Origin: a virus
Taxonomy: Duplodnaviria > Caudoviricetes
Virus record (IMG/VR): IMGVR_UViG_3300033073_001660
Span: 4,021-68,020 of that record
Reading direction: 5' to 3' (one strand)
Length of the DNA stretch: 64,000 bases
Part shown: positions 63,291 through 64,000 of the stretch, one piece after another
How the letters are laid out: every line of letters starts with the position of its first letter
Numbering within the stretch: the first letter of the stretch is position 1
The notes under the pieces: model-generated
Seen by the model: only the letters and a program-made list of their open reading frames with translations
Databases searched by the model: none
Told to the model about the DNA's origin: nothing
Position numbers and translations under genes: made by a program

Positions 63291-64000
63291 ACAATATCAA
63301 ACGCTACTTCAAACGATACTTGATTATGGTATTGTAAAGAGTGATCGAACTGGCACAGGAACCAAATCTATTTTTGGTTATACTATTCGTCACAATATGA
63401 AGGAAGGATTTCCTCTTATTACAACAAAGAAAATGTATTTCAAAGGTATTGTAACAGAATTGTTATGGTTCTTACGTGGTGATACAAACATCAAATATCT
63501 TGTTGATAATGATTGTCATATTTGGGATGGTGACGCTCTGAAAGCATACCATAAACACGAATTAGAAGAAATTAACAAATTCATGAAAGAAAACCCATTT
63601 ACCTTAGTTGATTTTCAATATACAACTATGGAAGAATTCATCAACAAAATAAAAACAGATGATGAGTTTGCTAAGACTTGGGGAGAATTAGGTCCAATTT
63701 ATGGTGCACAATGGAGAGCGTTTGGTGGATATAATAAAGTCCCAAGCGGTTGGACTCACGGGTCAGTAACATCATTTAAAAAAGTTGCTAAATGTGATCA
63801 GCTTGCAAACCTAATTAGTGACCTTAAAACAAATCCAGATTCAAGAAGACTAATGGTCACAGCATGGAATCCTGAAGAATTGGATCAAATGACTTTGCCA
63901 CCTTGTCATTATGGATTTCAAATGTATACAAGAGAGTTAACTTTAAGTGAAAGAACCGAATACAAAAAGAAAAGAGATGGTATTGTGCGTACTTTTGCAC
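63274..64000 (+). CDS. thyA: Thymidylate synthase, 3'-truncated at window end (absent from ORF track)
   Basis: Translated by hand with no stop to 64000: DRTGTGT, GFPLITTKK, ELLWFLRGDTN, LGPIYGAQWR, NPDSRR, AWNP, catalytic LPPCH. Confidence 0.95.
   Translation, partial: MNNLDKQYQTLLQTILDYGIVKSDRTGTGTKSIFGYTIRHNMKEGFPLITTKKMYFKGIVTELLWFLRGDTNIKYLVDNDCHIWDGDALKAYHKHELEEINKFMKENPFTLVDFQYTTMEEFINKIKTDDEFAKTWGELGPIYGAQWRAFGGYNKVPSGWTHGSVTSFKKVAKCDQLANLISDLKTNPDSRRLMVTAWNPEELDQMTLPPCHYGFQMYTRELTLSERTEYKKKRDGIVRTFA

Noticed and set aside
1-64000. CRISPR array, tRNA, rRNA or integrase
   Set aside because: Intergenic gaps are short (about 120 nt or less), with no regularly spaced repeats or cloverleaf-like sequence, and no recombinase motifs were seen. 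A tRNAscan/Infernal run would be needed to exclude small RNAs fully.
1-64000. Active stop-codon reassignment (code 15 or 4)
   Set aside because: Known genes (terL, ligase, thyA, cysC) are intact and the window is densely covered in code 11. No gene appears split at TAG or TGA.
63274-64000. thyA as a dCMP/dUMP hydroxymethylase feeding the modification operon
   Set aside because: The visible part is canonical ThyA (DRTGTGT, LPPCH). The substrate-discriminating residue lies beyond the window, so there is no support here.

Overview
This 64 kb window is an AT-rich, gene-dense segment of a large (jumbo-type), T4-like dsDNA tailed phage read in the standard code. The host is probably a Bacteroidota/Flavobacteriales bacterium: the window encodes a T9SS-type cargo protein, a Bacteroidota-type bS21 and DUF4494, and its A-rich translation starts lack Shine-Dalgarno motifs. 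Positions 1-23 kb and 27-49 kb form a late/virion module: very large unknown structural proteins, a collagen/LVIVD/C1q fibre with its chaperone, gp14/gp15/gp3-like neck and tail proteins, two Gly/Cys-rich repeat fibres, gp6-, gp26- and gp51-like baseplate proteins, terminase small and large subunits, and an ECF-type sigma factor. Two accessory enzyme islands are embedded in it. (i) 23.3-26.9 kb: APS kinase, DUF2061, HxGH nucleotidyltransferase, GT9, GT25 and a sulfotransferase, a candidate glycosylation/sulfation pathway. (ii) 49.3-51.9 kb: FkbM methyltransferase, MBD4-like DNA glycosylase and a T4 beta-glucosyltransferase-like enzyme, a candidate DNA hypermodification unit with its own repair enzyme and the best candidate for an undescribed system. 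Positions 52-64 kb carry a secreted CUB/T9SS protein whose start codon sits in a perfect 14-bp hairpin overlapping a late promoter, a pre-toxin-TG-like protein, a degenerate ATP-grasp, rpsU, Nudix, a two-domain peptidoglycan hydrolase, acidic paralogs, DUF192, ATP-dependent DNA ligase, a metallophosphoesterase and a 3'-truncated thyA. Two promoter classes are visible (late ATAAATA; RAAC-N15/17-GTA), as is a recurrent capsid-targeting-like peptide motif in about 11 proteins. I found no tRNA, rRNA, CRISPR array, integrase, intron or intein. All family assignments come from motif recognition by eye and from reference sequences recalled from memory; no database search was run.
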